A stretch of DNA of 64,000 nucleotides, from assembly GCA_963664195.1 (NCBI GenBank), contig OY760907.1, positions 1,856,001-1,920,000 on the forward strand, in the 5' to 3' direction. Positions 38,575 through 47,424 of this stretch are shown here, piece by piece; the stretch's first letter is position 1, and each line of letters starts with the position of its first letter. The DNA is from an uncultured candidate division Zixibacteria bacterium (GTDB taxonomy: Bacteria; Zixibacteria; MSB-5A5; GN15; FEB-12). Below the pieces are notes generated by a model. That model saw nothing but the letters and a program-made list of their open reading frames with translations, searched no databases and was not told where the DNA came from. A program made the position numbers and the translations under genes.

Positions 38575-38878
38575 GTAGGTCGAAACCCCTGTGGTTTCGA
38601 CAACCGTGGCCGGGTCGCCCGAGGCTTGCCCCGGGTTTCTAGAGGTCGTACCCGTCGATCTCCAACTCCACATCTTCAACTCCTTGATACCAGCCAAAAC
38701 TCGACCATCGCCATTCTTCCGGACTTGTGGCGAGGACTATGCGTCGGATTCCCTGGCATGTGGATAATCTAGTATGGACAAGGCAGTACATCAACGATTA
38801 AACGCACTAGAGACCCGGGGCAAGCCCACGGGCCACCCAGAACGAGAGTTGCCAGCTACCTTGGGCCACCCGGCCCGT
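38575..38878 (-). mobile_element. Degenerate REP-associated tyrosine transposase (RAYT) relic with flanking REPs
   Basis: Minus 38639 to about 38750 reads (NP, frameshifted)...LATSPEEWRWSSFGWYQGVEDVELEIDGYDL*; related GGCTTGCCCCGGG repeats in opposite orientation at about 38612-38642 and 38807-38838; family A REP at 38575-38601. Confidence 0.7.
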
Positions 38879-39522
38879 TACTCGCGGGGAACCGAGATCG
38901 CAGAATCCGCCATACCTACAGGCGACAACAGCGAATCCAGAAACAACCCAAACACCGTGTCATTGAAGGCGCTGCAGTGCTGGACGACAACTTTCTGCTT
39001 CCCCTTGTGCGTGACAGAGAAATAGCTGCAACAACAGTGATTTGGCTCAGCATCTCCCGACAAAACCTGAACAGAGTCGGCCTCAATCCGACGGATAGCT
39101 GCAGCAGCAATGTTAATGGCCGTGACACTATCTACGCTGACCTGTGCAGAAACTGCCAACGTATCCTTCGCTCTGACACTTGATTCGACAAGAAGATACC
39201 CCGCTTCTGTTAGTGCAAGGATATTCAGGTGATATGCCGGTAGATAGGGTGAATCGGGGGAGCCACGCTCCCAGACACACAGGATGTGTTCCAGGTTATG
39301 CTCCTTCTCCACTTCTGACCACGCCATGTCAACGAGCCCTGTCTCAGACCACGTATCAAAACACTTCTTGCAGTCTTCTGCTTCTCCCGGCTCTCCGGAA
39401 ACGTCGACTAGCTGTCCCAATATCTGGTTTCGATCTCCAATGCACTGGTCCCTGGGGCTGACACCTGCGCACGAAGTAGTCACGAGAATAAGCATCAGAC
39501 CTAGAACGGCAGTTTTCATCAT
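38878..39522 (-). CDS. Lipoprotein, putative immunity protein for upstream Rhs toxin
   Basis: Lipobox TTSC; Cys-rich; 17 nt downstream of the Rhs stop. Confidence 0.6.
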   Translation of the reverse strand: MMKTAVLGLMLILVTTSCAGVSPRDQCIGDRNQILGQLVDVSGEPGEAEDCKKCFDTWSETGLVDMAWSEVEKEHNLEHILCVWERGSPDSPYLPAYHLNILALTEAGYLLVESSVRAKDTLAVSAQVSVDSVTAINIAAAAIRRIEADSVQVLSGDAEPNHCCCSYFSVTHKGKQKVVVQHCSAFNDTVFGLFLDSLLSPVGMADSAISVPRE

Positions 39523-39539
39523 AAGTTCTCACCTGTATC

Positions 39540-40427
39540 TTACTTGTTGCGGCTGGGATGTCCGAGTTCTGGTCTCACCAGTTCCTCGACATTCTGAGTT
39601 TCTGTCTCCGTCTGTGTCGTGGTTGTCCGTTTGCCCATGTTGTCGATAAGGACATGGATTATCTCGTGCACCAATTGCACCTCAAGTGGAACAGTACGTG
39701 TCCCGCCAGAGGGAGTTTGCTCCGACACTACCACATTCGGATCTGTGAACACATCAGCTTCTGACCCCTGACCAGGAGTGCTGGCCTTCTTCGCGTCGAC
39801 GGGCACAGCGACTGGCGCATTTGGTGACTGAGGATGTGCTCCAACTCTGATCACGTTCGGAAAGTCATTCGATTTGACAATCCCGATTATCATTGAACCG
39901 ATAGGCCCTGCATTCTCGATTGTCTTTATGGCTGTCTCAACCACAGCCTTATCCTGCGCAGTTCCCGTGAACACCTCGACCGAAAGCGAGTCGCCATTAA
40001 TATCGATAATCACGATAGGACAGTTCGCTCCGTATTGATAAGGCGCCAGCGCTGGATACTTCTTCCGGAATCTGTCGATCTGCGTGAAACGACCCAACTC
40101 CGCGTCGTAGTACCGAGCACCGTAGTAATAAAGGTCCAGGCCGTGCTCAACGTCAAGCGGTTTACCCGTGTACTTGTACGCCTGCCCGGTTCCCACTGTC
40201 TCTCCGGCGTTGCCACCAAAACAGTAGTATTGGTGTGTATCCCGACGGTTCCCAACCGAGTCAATCACCAACCGGAGGTGATCGTTGAGGTAGAAGTACA
40301 GCCGGTCCTCACCTTCCCGGTCGTCACGCGTAGCGATGCGCTGTGAGCCGGCGTAGATGTACTTGTTCAGGTACTGCTCGTTTACCGGGTCATACTCGGC
40401 GAGCACTTTGCCGTCCTTGCGAAGAAA
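39540..40427 (-). pseudogene. Orphan Rhs core fragment with C-terminal HExxH metallopeptidase toxin domain (M91-like)
   Basis: YKYTGK..D...GL.YYGARYYD...GRF..ID...YQYGANCP...IDING then LVHEIIH; no N-terminus, in-frame TAG upstream. Confidence 0.85.
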
Positions 40428-40443
40428 CTACGAAGCTGCCGAG

Positions 40444-40547
40444 GGGCAGACGAGGGCGTCTGCCGCCCACGGAAAACTACCATGCTGTTTGGTCAATGAC
40501 CGAAGGGCAGACGAGGACACACGGTGTCACTGGCGTCTGCCGCCCAC
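40444..40547 (-). repeat. Two REP family B copies (short and long form) at the Rhs breakpoint
   Basis: GGGCAGACGAGGGCGTCTGCCGCCCAC and GGGCAGACGAG-GACACACGGTGTCACT-GGCGTCTGCCGCCCAC. Confidence 0.8.
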
Positions 40548-40880
40548 CACCCACAAAAATACTGATATCCGACTGTCGTCGTCGTACTTGGCGTACGTGT
40601 ACTCAGACTCGGAGTTCTGGGGGGCGAATCTTACTATGGCCCGCCATATTTGACTGAGTTCCCCTACTGGTATACTCAGCCAGCCTTTCGGCTTGTTATG
40701 CGATTCAGCTAGACAGAGAGCAACCCACTTCCCGCCAACGAGTTGGACAACGCGAAGACATTAACTGTCAGCAATACTCCGATTTTCATAAGCGGCTGTC
40801 ATCCTGCCCACTTTGGTGAACATTAGGCCATGAGACGACTATCTTTGCGGAAAAATCCCATCAAACGAGTGAAAAAAGAC

Positions 40881-40909
40881 TTGTCAAGTCGATGTAGTCT
40901 CATTAACCT
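40881..40909 (+). promoter_or_regulatory. Putative sigma-70 promoter of the porin-cytochrome operon
   Basis: TTGTCA-N17-TAACCT; -35 lies inside palindrome GACTTG-T-CAAGTC. Confidence 0.45.
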
Positions 40910-41004
40910 GAGTACGTAATGTCATGGGAGTGTCATGTTACACTCAGGGGCAGACTCTTAAAAACAGATCGAACTCGATGACAATAGGAAAAAGGAGGCT
41001 GTAT

Positions 41005-41922
41005 ATGACAGATCGTGACAGGGCTGGCCTCGCCCGAAACCGGTTCGGAATTCTGGATTGGGTGAAATTGGGATTGATTGTTGGAGTTTGTTGCCTGGGG
41101 GGCGAGGTGGCGACAGCGGAAGACTGCCTGGACTGTCACGAAGAGATGGCCGCTTCGTTAGAGGGCACCACCCACGATCATAATGCTGTCATGTGCGGAG
41201 ATTGTCATCGTGGCGGCGAACAGCACTCGGAAGATCCCTCAGTAGATAATATATCCGTCCCGGCGCGCGACGATGCCGCCGGCATCATAGCCACCTGCAC
41301 CAATTGCCATCAACCGCATCTTGAATTGGATAAGGTCGGATTCGATCCACACCAGACCGAGGGTATGTCGTGTATCAGTTGCCACAGTGTTCACAGCCAA
41401 ACGACCCGTTTGCTGCTTGACAACGGCGGCGACTTCTGCGGCAAGTGTCACACCGGCATTGACCGACAATTCGCCCGGCGCTCGTCCCATCCGTTAGCAG
41501 AAGAAATCCTGACCTGCTGGTCGTGTCACGACTTCACCGGCGCCAGCCCCGATTTGGGGCACGGCCGGAGCGAAACCTGTCTAAAATGCCACCCCGATCA
41601 GGCAGGCCCGTTCCTTCACGAGCATGAGGCGACCAGTTCCTTCAGCGCCGACGGGGAAGGGTGTGTTGCCTGTCACTCGCCGCACGGAAGTTCCACCGAA
41701 CAGCTGCTTAAACAACCGGGGAACGGCCTCTGTCGCCAGTGTCATGGGGTCCCGGTCAGACACGCGGTGGCCCACAACGGTCGCTGGGCAGATGTCGATT
41801 GCATGGTTTGTCATACACAGGTCCACGGTTCCTACGACGGCCCGAACCTTCTGGATCCGATGTTGGGCACCAAAATGGGCGATGGTCCCGGCGGTTGTTT
41901 CTGCCATAACGTAGAGAATTGA
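41005..41922 (+). CDS. Periplasmic decaheme cytochrome c (MtrA/DmsE-like) with extra C-terminal CxCH
   Basis: 10 CxxCH; GPFLHEH, CHSPHGS, CHTQVHGS signatures; RBS AGGAGG. Confidence 0.9.
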   Translation: MTDRDRAGLARNRFGILDWVKLGLIVGVCCLGGEVATAEDCLDCHEEMAASLEGTTHDHNAVMCGDCHRGGEQHSEDPSVDNISVPARDDAAGIIATCTNCHQPHLELDKVGFDPHQTEGMSCISCHSVHSQTTRLLLDNGGDFCGKCHTGIDRQFARRSSHPLAEEILTCWSCHDFTGASPDLGHGRSETCLKCHPDQAGPFLHEHEATSSFSADGEGCVACHSPHGSSTEQLLKQPGNGLCRQCHGVPVRHAVAHNGRWADVDCMVCHTQVHGSYDGPNLLDPMLGTKMGDGPGGCFCHNVEN

Positions 41923-41933
41923 GGAGAGAAGCG

Positions 41934-43532
41934 ATGAACAAGAAAATCCCGTTATGCTTGCTGGCGGTTTCTGTCCTCTGTCTCTGCTCCTTTGTGAACG
42001 CTACTGATTTCAGCGGCACTACCAGAGTGGGACTTGTGGTCCTGGACGAAGAGGGCAGCCACGCTGTCAATCAGCCCAGCTACAACACGTACCCCGGCCT
42101 GTCGTTATCATTGGAACGATTCAGTGTCCGTTTTGACGACGGCACCAGGCTGTACGGCGACCTGAGAGACATCACGCTCAACAATCGCAATCTGCGAGTC
42201 GGTCTTACCAGGTCCGGCAAATACGGGCTTACGCTCAGACACAATCAGTATCGGCGAAACTACTCAACCGACGGCAGCGATTTCACCCGACGCCGGTTGG
42301 CCGGAGGCCAGGCGTGGGTTCAGCCGATCCCGTCAGTTCGATTGTTTGGCGGGTTGGATCGAATCCTGAGACACGGCACCAGCCACGATCTGTTTTTGTC
42401 AGGCGGTGCCTCGCGCAAAATTGATTACGCTCAGACCACCGGCAATTTCGGTGTACGATATGCCCGTGACCGTCGCACTGCCACGTTTGAGTATCGGTCA
42501 TCGAAGTTTACCGATGAAACCGAAGATCGGTCAGACCGACTGACCAGCAGGATTCGTCTGGTCGCGGCCGCCCCGGTTCCGACCCGCGACGATTTGCTGA
42601 TCAATGCCGGCTTTCAGCATTACAAAGCCGAAGTTCGTACGCAAGAGGATACGTTGACGACCAATGCCTTCTGGGGCGGTGTCACTTATTTTCTTGCGGA
42701 TTACACTTTCAAGTACAGCGGTCTATTCGACAGATCGCGCCGCACAGGCGATGTCGTAGCTACTGACAATATCTTGAATGCTCTGTACGTCAGCCGTAAC
42801 TGGCATCAGAGGTCTGGTGCTACGGTTGGCTATCGTTATCGCACTACCGATGACGCCTTCCTGGACAAGGCAGTCAGCGGTTACTTCCTCTCCGGGTGGT
42901 GCAAACCGGTTACAGGGCTGACAGTCAAATTGGGATACGGCAACGAGCAAACCACTATAAACGACGGTCCCAGTTTGACCGGAGAGAAGAGCTACACGCG
43001 TCTCTGGACCGCGGTCAAGTACCGCAGGGAGAATAGTGGCGTCAATCTGAAGATCAAAAACCGCAAGACAGAGAACGATGGCTATCGCGGCTACGATGAG
43101 AGCACCGACGGTAATCTGAGCAGAGGCATCGCCTACAGCGCTGACTTTGTCGAGGTTGCGACCGATCTCTTCTATTCATCCGGTAAATGGGGTACGTTCT
43201 CTGTTGCCTATAGCTACTCGGATGGCGACTTCACCAACGACAGCGGCATGTTTGCTTATCGAGAACATGTCTTGAGCGGCGACTATGAATCGATATCGCT
43301 TCTGGGACAGTTCGACATCAAACTGGGTGCCACCTATCTGCGCGCCAAACAGGACCTTGATTACGAGAGGTCCAACCTGAGGGGAGCCATTGCGTGGGAG
43401 TTCCGCCCCAGACATCGGCTGGAGGTCAAACTCTCGATTCAGAACTTCGACAATTACATCGACCCCTCGGCGCTGTACACAGAGTATTATACGGCCAACA
43501 TAGTGACCATCAACTTGATCAAGGAGATGTAG
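41934..43532 (+). CDS. Outer-membrane beta-barrel porin of porin-cytochrome complex (MtrB/PioB-like)
   Basis: Signal peptide, amphipathic Tyr/Gly-rich beta strands, located between two multiheme genes. Confidence 0.8.
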   Translation: MNKKIPLCLLAVSVLCLCSFVNATDFSGTTRVGLVVLDEEGSHAVNQPSYNTYPGLSLSLERFSVRFDDGTRLYGDLRDITLNNRNLRVGLTRSGKYGLTLRHNQYRRNYSTDGSDFTRRRLAGGQAWVQPIPSVRLFGGLDRILRHGTSHDLFLSGGASRKIDYAQTTGNFGVRYARDRRTATFEYRSSKFTDETEDRSDRLTSRIRLVAAAPVPTRDDLLINAGFQHYKAEVRTQEDTLTTNAFWGGVTYFLADYTFKYSGLFDRSRRTGDVVATDNILNALYVSRNWHQRSGATVGYRYRTTDDAFLDKAVSGYFLSGWCKPVTGLTVKLGYGNEQTTINDGPSLTGEKSYTRLWTAVKYRRENSGVNLKIKNRKTENDGYRGYDESTDGNLSRGIAYSADFVEVATDLFYSSGKWGTFSVAYSYSDGDFTNDSGMFAYREHVLSGDYESISLLGQFDIKLGATYLRAKQDLDYERSNLRGAIAWEFRPRHRLEVKLSIQNFDNYIDPSALYTEYYTANIVTINLIKEM

Positions 43533-43585
43533 CCGTGTTACCAGGAAATACAATCAGGAAACATAGAGTCCGTATGGAGGACAGT

Positions 43586-44710
43586 ATGGGCAAGATCAAA
43601 CTACTGCTGCTCGCTCTGGGAATTCTCGGCGTGTTCATTGCCGGCTGTGATCGAGAGATTACCGGAGATGTTGTGGTGCAAACCAATGCGTCGGAAAACT
43701 GCTTCGCCTGCCATGACGGCGCGAATGCTCTCGGAGCCGACGTTGTGCTGGCCGTTCGTCAGTGGGAAGTCTCACGGCACGCATCCGGCCAGACCATCGA
43801 CCGAAACTCCGGATCATGCCGGGCCTGTCACATCAGTGAGGGGTTTATTGAGGTCGTCACCGGCGAGGATATCGGCACAACTGCCGCGAATGCCATCGGC
43901 TGCTTCACCTGCCACGATCCACACGAGAATGGCGATTTCGAGTTGAGAACCACTGCTGCCGTGACTCTCGGGAATGGCGCCGTGTTCAACCGCAACGAAG
44001 GAAACCTCTGTGCAAGTTGCCATAAGAGCCGTCGTGATGTCGACACTTATGTGGAAGACGATACCGAATTGAGCGGCCATTTTGGCCCGCACCACGGTCC
44101 CCAGTCAGACATGCTGATCGGTGAGAATGCCTATGAGTACGCCGGCTACAGCTACGCCAACTCATGGCACACTGAGGGTGTAACTGACGGCTGTGTCAAG
44201 TGTCACTTCGATGTGGGGATTACTTATCAGCTCGGCGGCCACACGTTCTGGATGGCGTCCGAAGCAGAGGGTGAGAACACCGACGCGTGTAACGTCGACG
44301 GCTGCCATGTCAACGATACGGAAATCGATGATTTCGATCGCGTGACCGCCTATGACTTTGACGACGACGGCGACGATACCGAAGGCGTTGCGACAGAGAT
44401 TGAAGACCTGATGGACGAGTTGCAGACGGCCTTGATCGCGGCTGGACTCCTTGAGTACATCGCCGACGACGACGCCTGGGAGCCTACCGACGGTCTGGTC
44501 GTCACAGATGCTGACTCTGTTGGCGCTGTCTTCAACTGGGTTTTTGTCCACGAAGATCGTTCAAACGGCATTCACAACACACGCTACGCAATGGGTTTGT
44601 TGCGGTCGTCGATCAATTACATCACTACAGGCGACCCGAACGGACTCCCCGGCCATCCCGGTGACTCTCACCCGGTTGCCATGAGGAATGGAACTCTTAG
44701 TGCGCACTAG
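43586..44710 (+). CDS. Multiheme lipoprotein cytochrome c (5 CxxCH plus 1 CX4CH)
   Basis: Lipobox IAGC; CFACH, CRACH, CFTCH, CASCH, CVKCH, CNVDGCH; GPHHGPQ; DRSNGIHN. Confidence 0.88.
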   Translation: MGKIKLLLLALGILGVFIAGCDREITGDVVVQTNASENCFACHDGANALGADVVLAVRQWEVSRHASGQTIDRNSGSCRACHISEGFIEVVTGEDIGTTAANAIGCFTCHDPHENGDFELRTTAAVTLGNGAVFNRNEGNLCASCHKSRRDVDTYVEDDTELSGHFGPHHGPQSDMLIGENAYEYAGYSYANSWHTEGVTDGCVKCHFDVGITYQLGGHTFWMASEAEGENTDACNVDGCHVNDTEIDDFDRVTAYDFDDDGDDTEGVATEIEDLMDELQTALIAAGLLEYIADDDAWEPTDGLVVTDADSVGAVFNWVFVHEDRSNGIHNTRYAMGLLRSSINYITTGDPNGLPGHPGDSHPVAMRNGTLSAH

Positions 44711-44741
44711 TTGACGCAAGCAACTCGCATACTGGTTGACG

Positions 44742-44775
44742 CGGCCTCTGGAGATAGCTCCGGAGGCCGTTTTTT
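44742..44775 (+). terminator. Rho-independent terminator
   Basis: CGGCCTCTGGAG-ATAG-CTCCGGAGGCCG then T run. Confidence 0.85.
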
Positions 44776-44986
44776 GTTCACTACTTCTACCGTGCGCCAG
44801 CCCTGACTCCCGCTTATCTGCCTTGGCAGCAGCATCTTACGGAATTGCTGTCGCTGCTGATCAAATCCAAACGCCCATCCACGGGAACTGCCCGATTTCG
44901 GGGAAATCCTGCAACATTGTGATTCCATAGGCTGTCCGATAGACCAATGACGGGAGTGTTGATATCTTTCAATAGTAGACTCCGTT

Positions 44987-45012
44987 TGCAACCCTCGTCA
45001 ATATGCGACGTA
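44987..45012 (+). promoter_or_regulatory. SigW-like ECF promoter
   Basis: TGCAAC-N16-CGTA upstream of the exporter operon. Confidence 0.55.
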
Positions 45013-45064
45013 CACCTAAGCTAGTAAGATTGGCAGGCAGGTCCTTCGTTCTGGAGTAAGATCA

Positions 45065-46162
45065 ATGGTTAAGAAAGTAATCGTATTCGGGTTCGTGATT
45101 GTCGTTGTGGCGGCAGCAATCTTCTTTCTTGTTTCGGATGGATCCGCAAACAAAGAGGAAGGCCCCCGCACAATCCCGGTTGCCCGGGGCGACATAATCG
45201 CCAAAGCGCTTGCTGTGGGGCAGATTGAACCCCGCAAGCAGATCGCAGTCAAGTCAAAGATTGGCGGATTGGTGCGCAAGACTTTTGTCGAAATCGGTGA
45301 CCCGGTCAAAGTCGGCGACCCGCTGTTTGATATCGCGCCCGATCCGACTCCGCTTGAGTTTGCCGAAGCCTCCCGACAGGTGGAGCTTTCTCAGGTCACG
45401 TTTGCAAATGTGAAGCGTGAGTATGATCGCGCTGTAACCCTGGAGGAAAAGGGCCTCATCTCCGGCCAGGAATACGAGTCCAAACTCGCGGCCTACGAAG
45501 AAGCTGAGCTCCGGTTCAAGCTCGCCGAGGAGAGACTTGCCCTTATCGAGTCCGGGCGCACGCAGGTCGCCGACCGCGAGGTTGACAACATTATCAAGTC
45601 AACCATCAACGGTACCGTCCTGTCGCTTTCGGTTGAAGAAGGTGATCCCGTGGTGCCGCTTACGTCCTACCAGTCCGGCACCGAGCTAATGACTCTTGCC
45701 TACATGGAAGACCTTGTCTTCAAAGGAAATGTCGATGAAATCGATGTCGGCAAGCTCCGCACCGGCATGGAAGTCGAACTTGAGATCGGTGCCCTGCCGA
45801 ATGCCAAAGTTATGGGCAAACTCAGGACGATTTCGCCGAAAGCGCACCGTGAGGACGGCGCCACCATGTTCGAGGTAGAGGTTGAGATAGCCGACGCCGG
45901 AGACAACTTCCTTCGCGCCGGATACAGCGCCAACGCCGACGTTATGATTACCAAGAAAGTCGACATCCTGTTAGTGCCGGAACGCCTGATCAAAATCGAA
46001 GATTCCGCAGCCACCTGTGAAGTCAAAGACACCACCGGCACGATCACGACAAGGGATATCGAAGTAGGGCTTTCCGACGGAATCAATATCGAGATTCTCG
46101 ACGGTCTCGAAGAAGGTGAACTGCTTGTTGAGCGTCCCCCGAAAGAGATAACCGGCGAGTAA
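45065..46162 (+). CDS. Efflux periplasmic adaptor (MacA/YknX-like)
   Basis: TM anchor, lipoyl-like halves, alpha hairpin, VDEIDVGKL, GYSANAD. Confidence 0.92.
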   Translation: MVKKVIVFGFVIVVVAAAIFFLVSDGSANKEEGPRTIPVARGDIIAKALAVGQIEPRKQIAVKSKIGGLVRKTFVEIGDPVKVGDPLFDIAPDPTPLEFAEASRQVELSQVTFANVKREYDRAVTLEEKGLISGQEYESKLAAYEEAELRFKLAEERLALIESGRTQVADREVDNIIKSTINGTVLSLSVEEGDPVVPLTSYQSGTELMTLAYMEDLVFKGNVDEIDVGKLRTGMEVELEIGALPNAKVMGKLRTISPKAHREDGATMFEVEVEIADAGDNFLRAGYSANADVMITKKVDILLVPERLIKIEDSAATCEVKDTTGTITTRDIEVGLSDGINIEILDGLEEGELLVERPPKEITGE

Positions 46163-46183
46163 GCGGGATTCATTGAGTAAGAT

Positions 46184-47416
46184 ATGAACGTCTTTGTTTC
46201 CATTAAGCAATTTCTGAACGATCTGCGTCGCCAGAAGCTTCGTTCGGCCCTGACCATGTTTGGCATCTTCTGGGGGACCTGCTCAATCGTACTACTGTTT
46301 GCATTCGGCAAGGGGATCGGCGAGGCTCAGATGAAATCCCAGAAGGGGATGGGCGAGAATATCGCCATCTTCTGGCCCGGTATTACCGCCAAGGAATTCA
46401 AGGGCCTGCCCAAGGGACGGCGTATTCGACCGACCGACGACGATGTTGCATTTGTCAGATCAAAGGCCGTGACGATCCAGGCCATATCCCCTGAGAACGG
46501 TCGCGGTATGTATCTCAAGTACGGCACGCAGAACACTCGCCGGGATGTCGTCGGCGTCTGGCCCGCCTACGGACCGATGCGAAATCTCATCCCGCAGTTT
46601 GGTTCACGCTTCATCAACGAGATGGATCTTGATCTGCGTCGCCGCGTCATTTTTCTCGGTGACAAGCTCAAAGAAGACCTGTTCGGTGATGAAGATGCTG
46701 TCGGTCAGCAGCTACTCGCCAACGGTATGCCGTTCACCGTGGTTGGCGTTATGAAGACGAAGGACCAGGACAGTTCGTACCGCGGACGCGACAATCGCTG
46801 TGCGTTCATACCCAACAGCACGTATCAGGCGATGTTCTCCGAACGTTACTCCGACGATTTCGTCGTGCAGTGCAAACCGGAGTTCAGCGGTGAGATCAGT
46901 CGACAAGAGGTCTTCAGGATTCTCGGTGCCAAGTACAAATTCGATCCCACTGATGACGGCGCTCTGGCAGTATGGGATACGACCGAGGGGTTTGCCTTCC
47001 TCAAGAACTTCTTCCTGGCCTTTCAGTGGTTTCTCGTAGGAATCGGCGTGGCCACATTGATCACCGGTGCCATCGGTGTAACGAACATCATGAACGTAGT
47101 GCTGGAAGAGCGGACCAAGGAAATCGGTATCAAAATGGCCCTCGGCGCGCGCAAGAGCTCGATCCTCGCCCAGTTCGTATTTGAGACGCTCCTCATCACG
47201 GCTGTGGGCGGCACGCTCGGATTCCTCTTCGCCTGCGTTCTCATCAAGGCGGTCCCCATGTTCCAGCTCGAGGAATACATCGGCGTACCCAGTGTTGATT
47301 TCTGGGGCGGCATAATCGTAACCGTGCTTCTTGGTATCATCGGTTTGATGGCAGGCATTTTTCCGGCCCGACGAGCCGCTAACCTTCAGCCGGTTCAGGC
47401 CCTGAAACTCTTCTGA
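46184..47416 (+). CDS. ABC permease (MacB/FtsX family)
   Basis: RSALTMFGIFWG, ERTKEIGIKMALGA, PARRAANLQPVQAL. Confidence 0.93.
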   Translation: MNVFVSIKQFLNDLRRQKLRSALTMFGIFWGTCSIVLLFAFGKGIGEAQMKSQKGMGENIAIFWPGITAKEFKGLPKGRRIRPTDDDVAFVRSKAVTIQAISPENGRGMYLKYGTQNTRRDVVGVWPAYGPMRNLIPQFGSRFINEMDLDLRRRVIFLGDKLKEDLFGDEDAVGQQLLANGMPFTVVGVMKTKDQDSSYRGRDNRCAFIPNSTYQAMFSERYSDDFVVQCKPEFSGEISRQEVFRILGAKYKFDPTDDGALAVWDTTEGFAFLKNFFLAFQWFLVGIGVATLITGAIGVTNIMNVVLEERTKEIGIKMALGARKSSILAQFVFETLLITAVGGTLGFLFACVLIKAVPMFQLEEYIGVPSVDFWGGIIVTVLLGIIGLMAGIFPARRAANLQPVQALKLF

Positions 47417-47424
47417 GAGAAACC

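Noticed and set aside
40560..40620. Further Rhs fragment (minus SEYTYAKYDDD)
   Set aside because: Too short to distinguish from chance
38426..40660. Integrative element or prophage at tRNA-Ser
   Set aside because: No integrase, and I found no duplicate of the tRNA 3' end in the window; only relics are present
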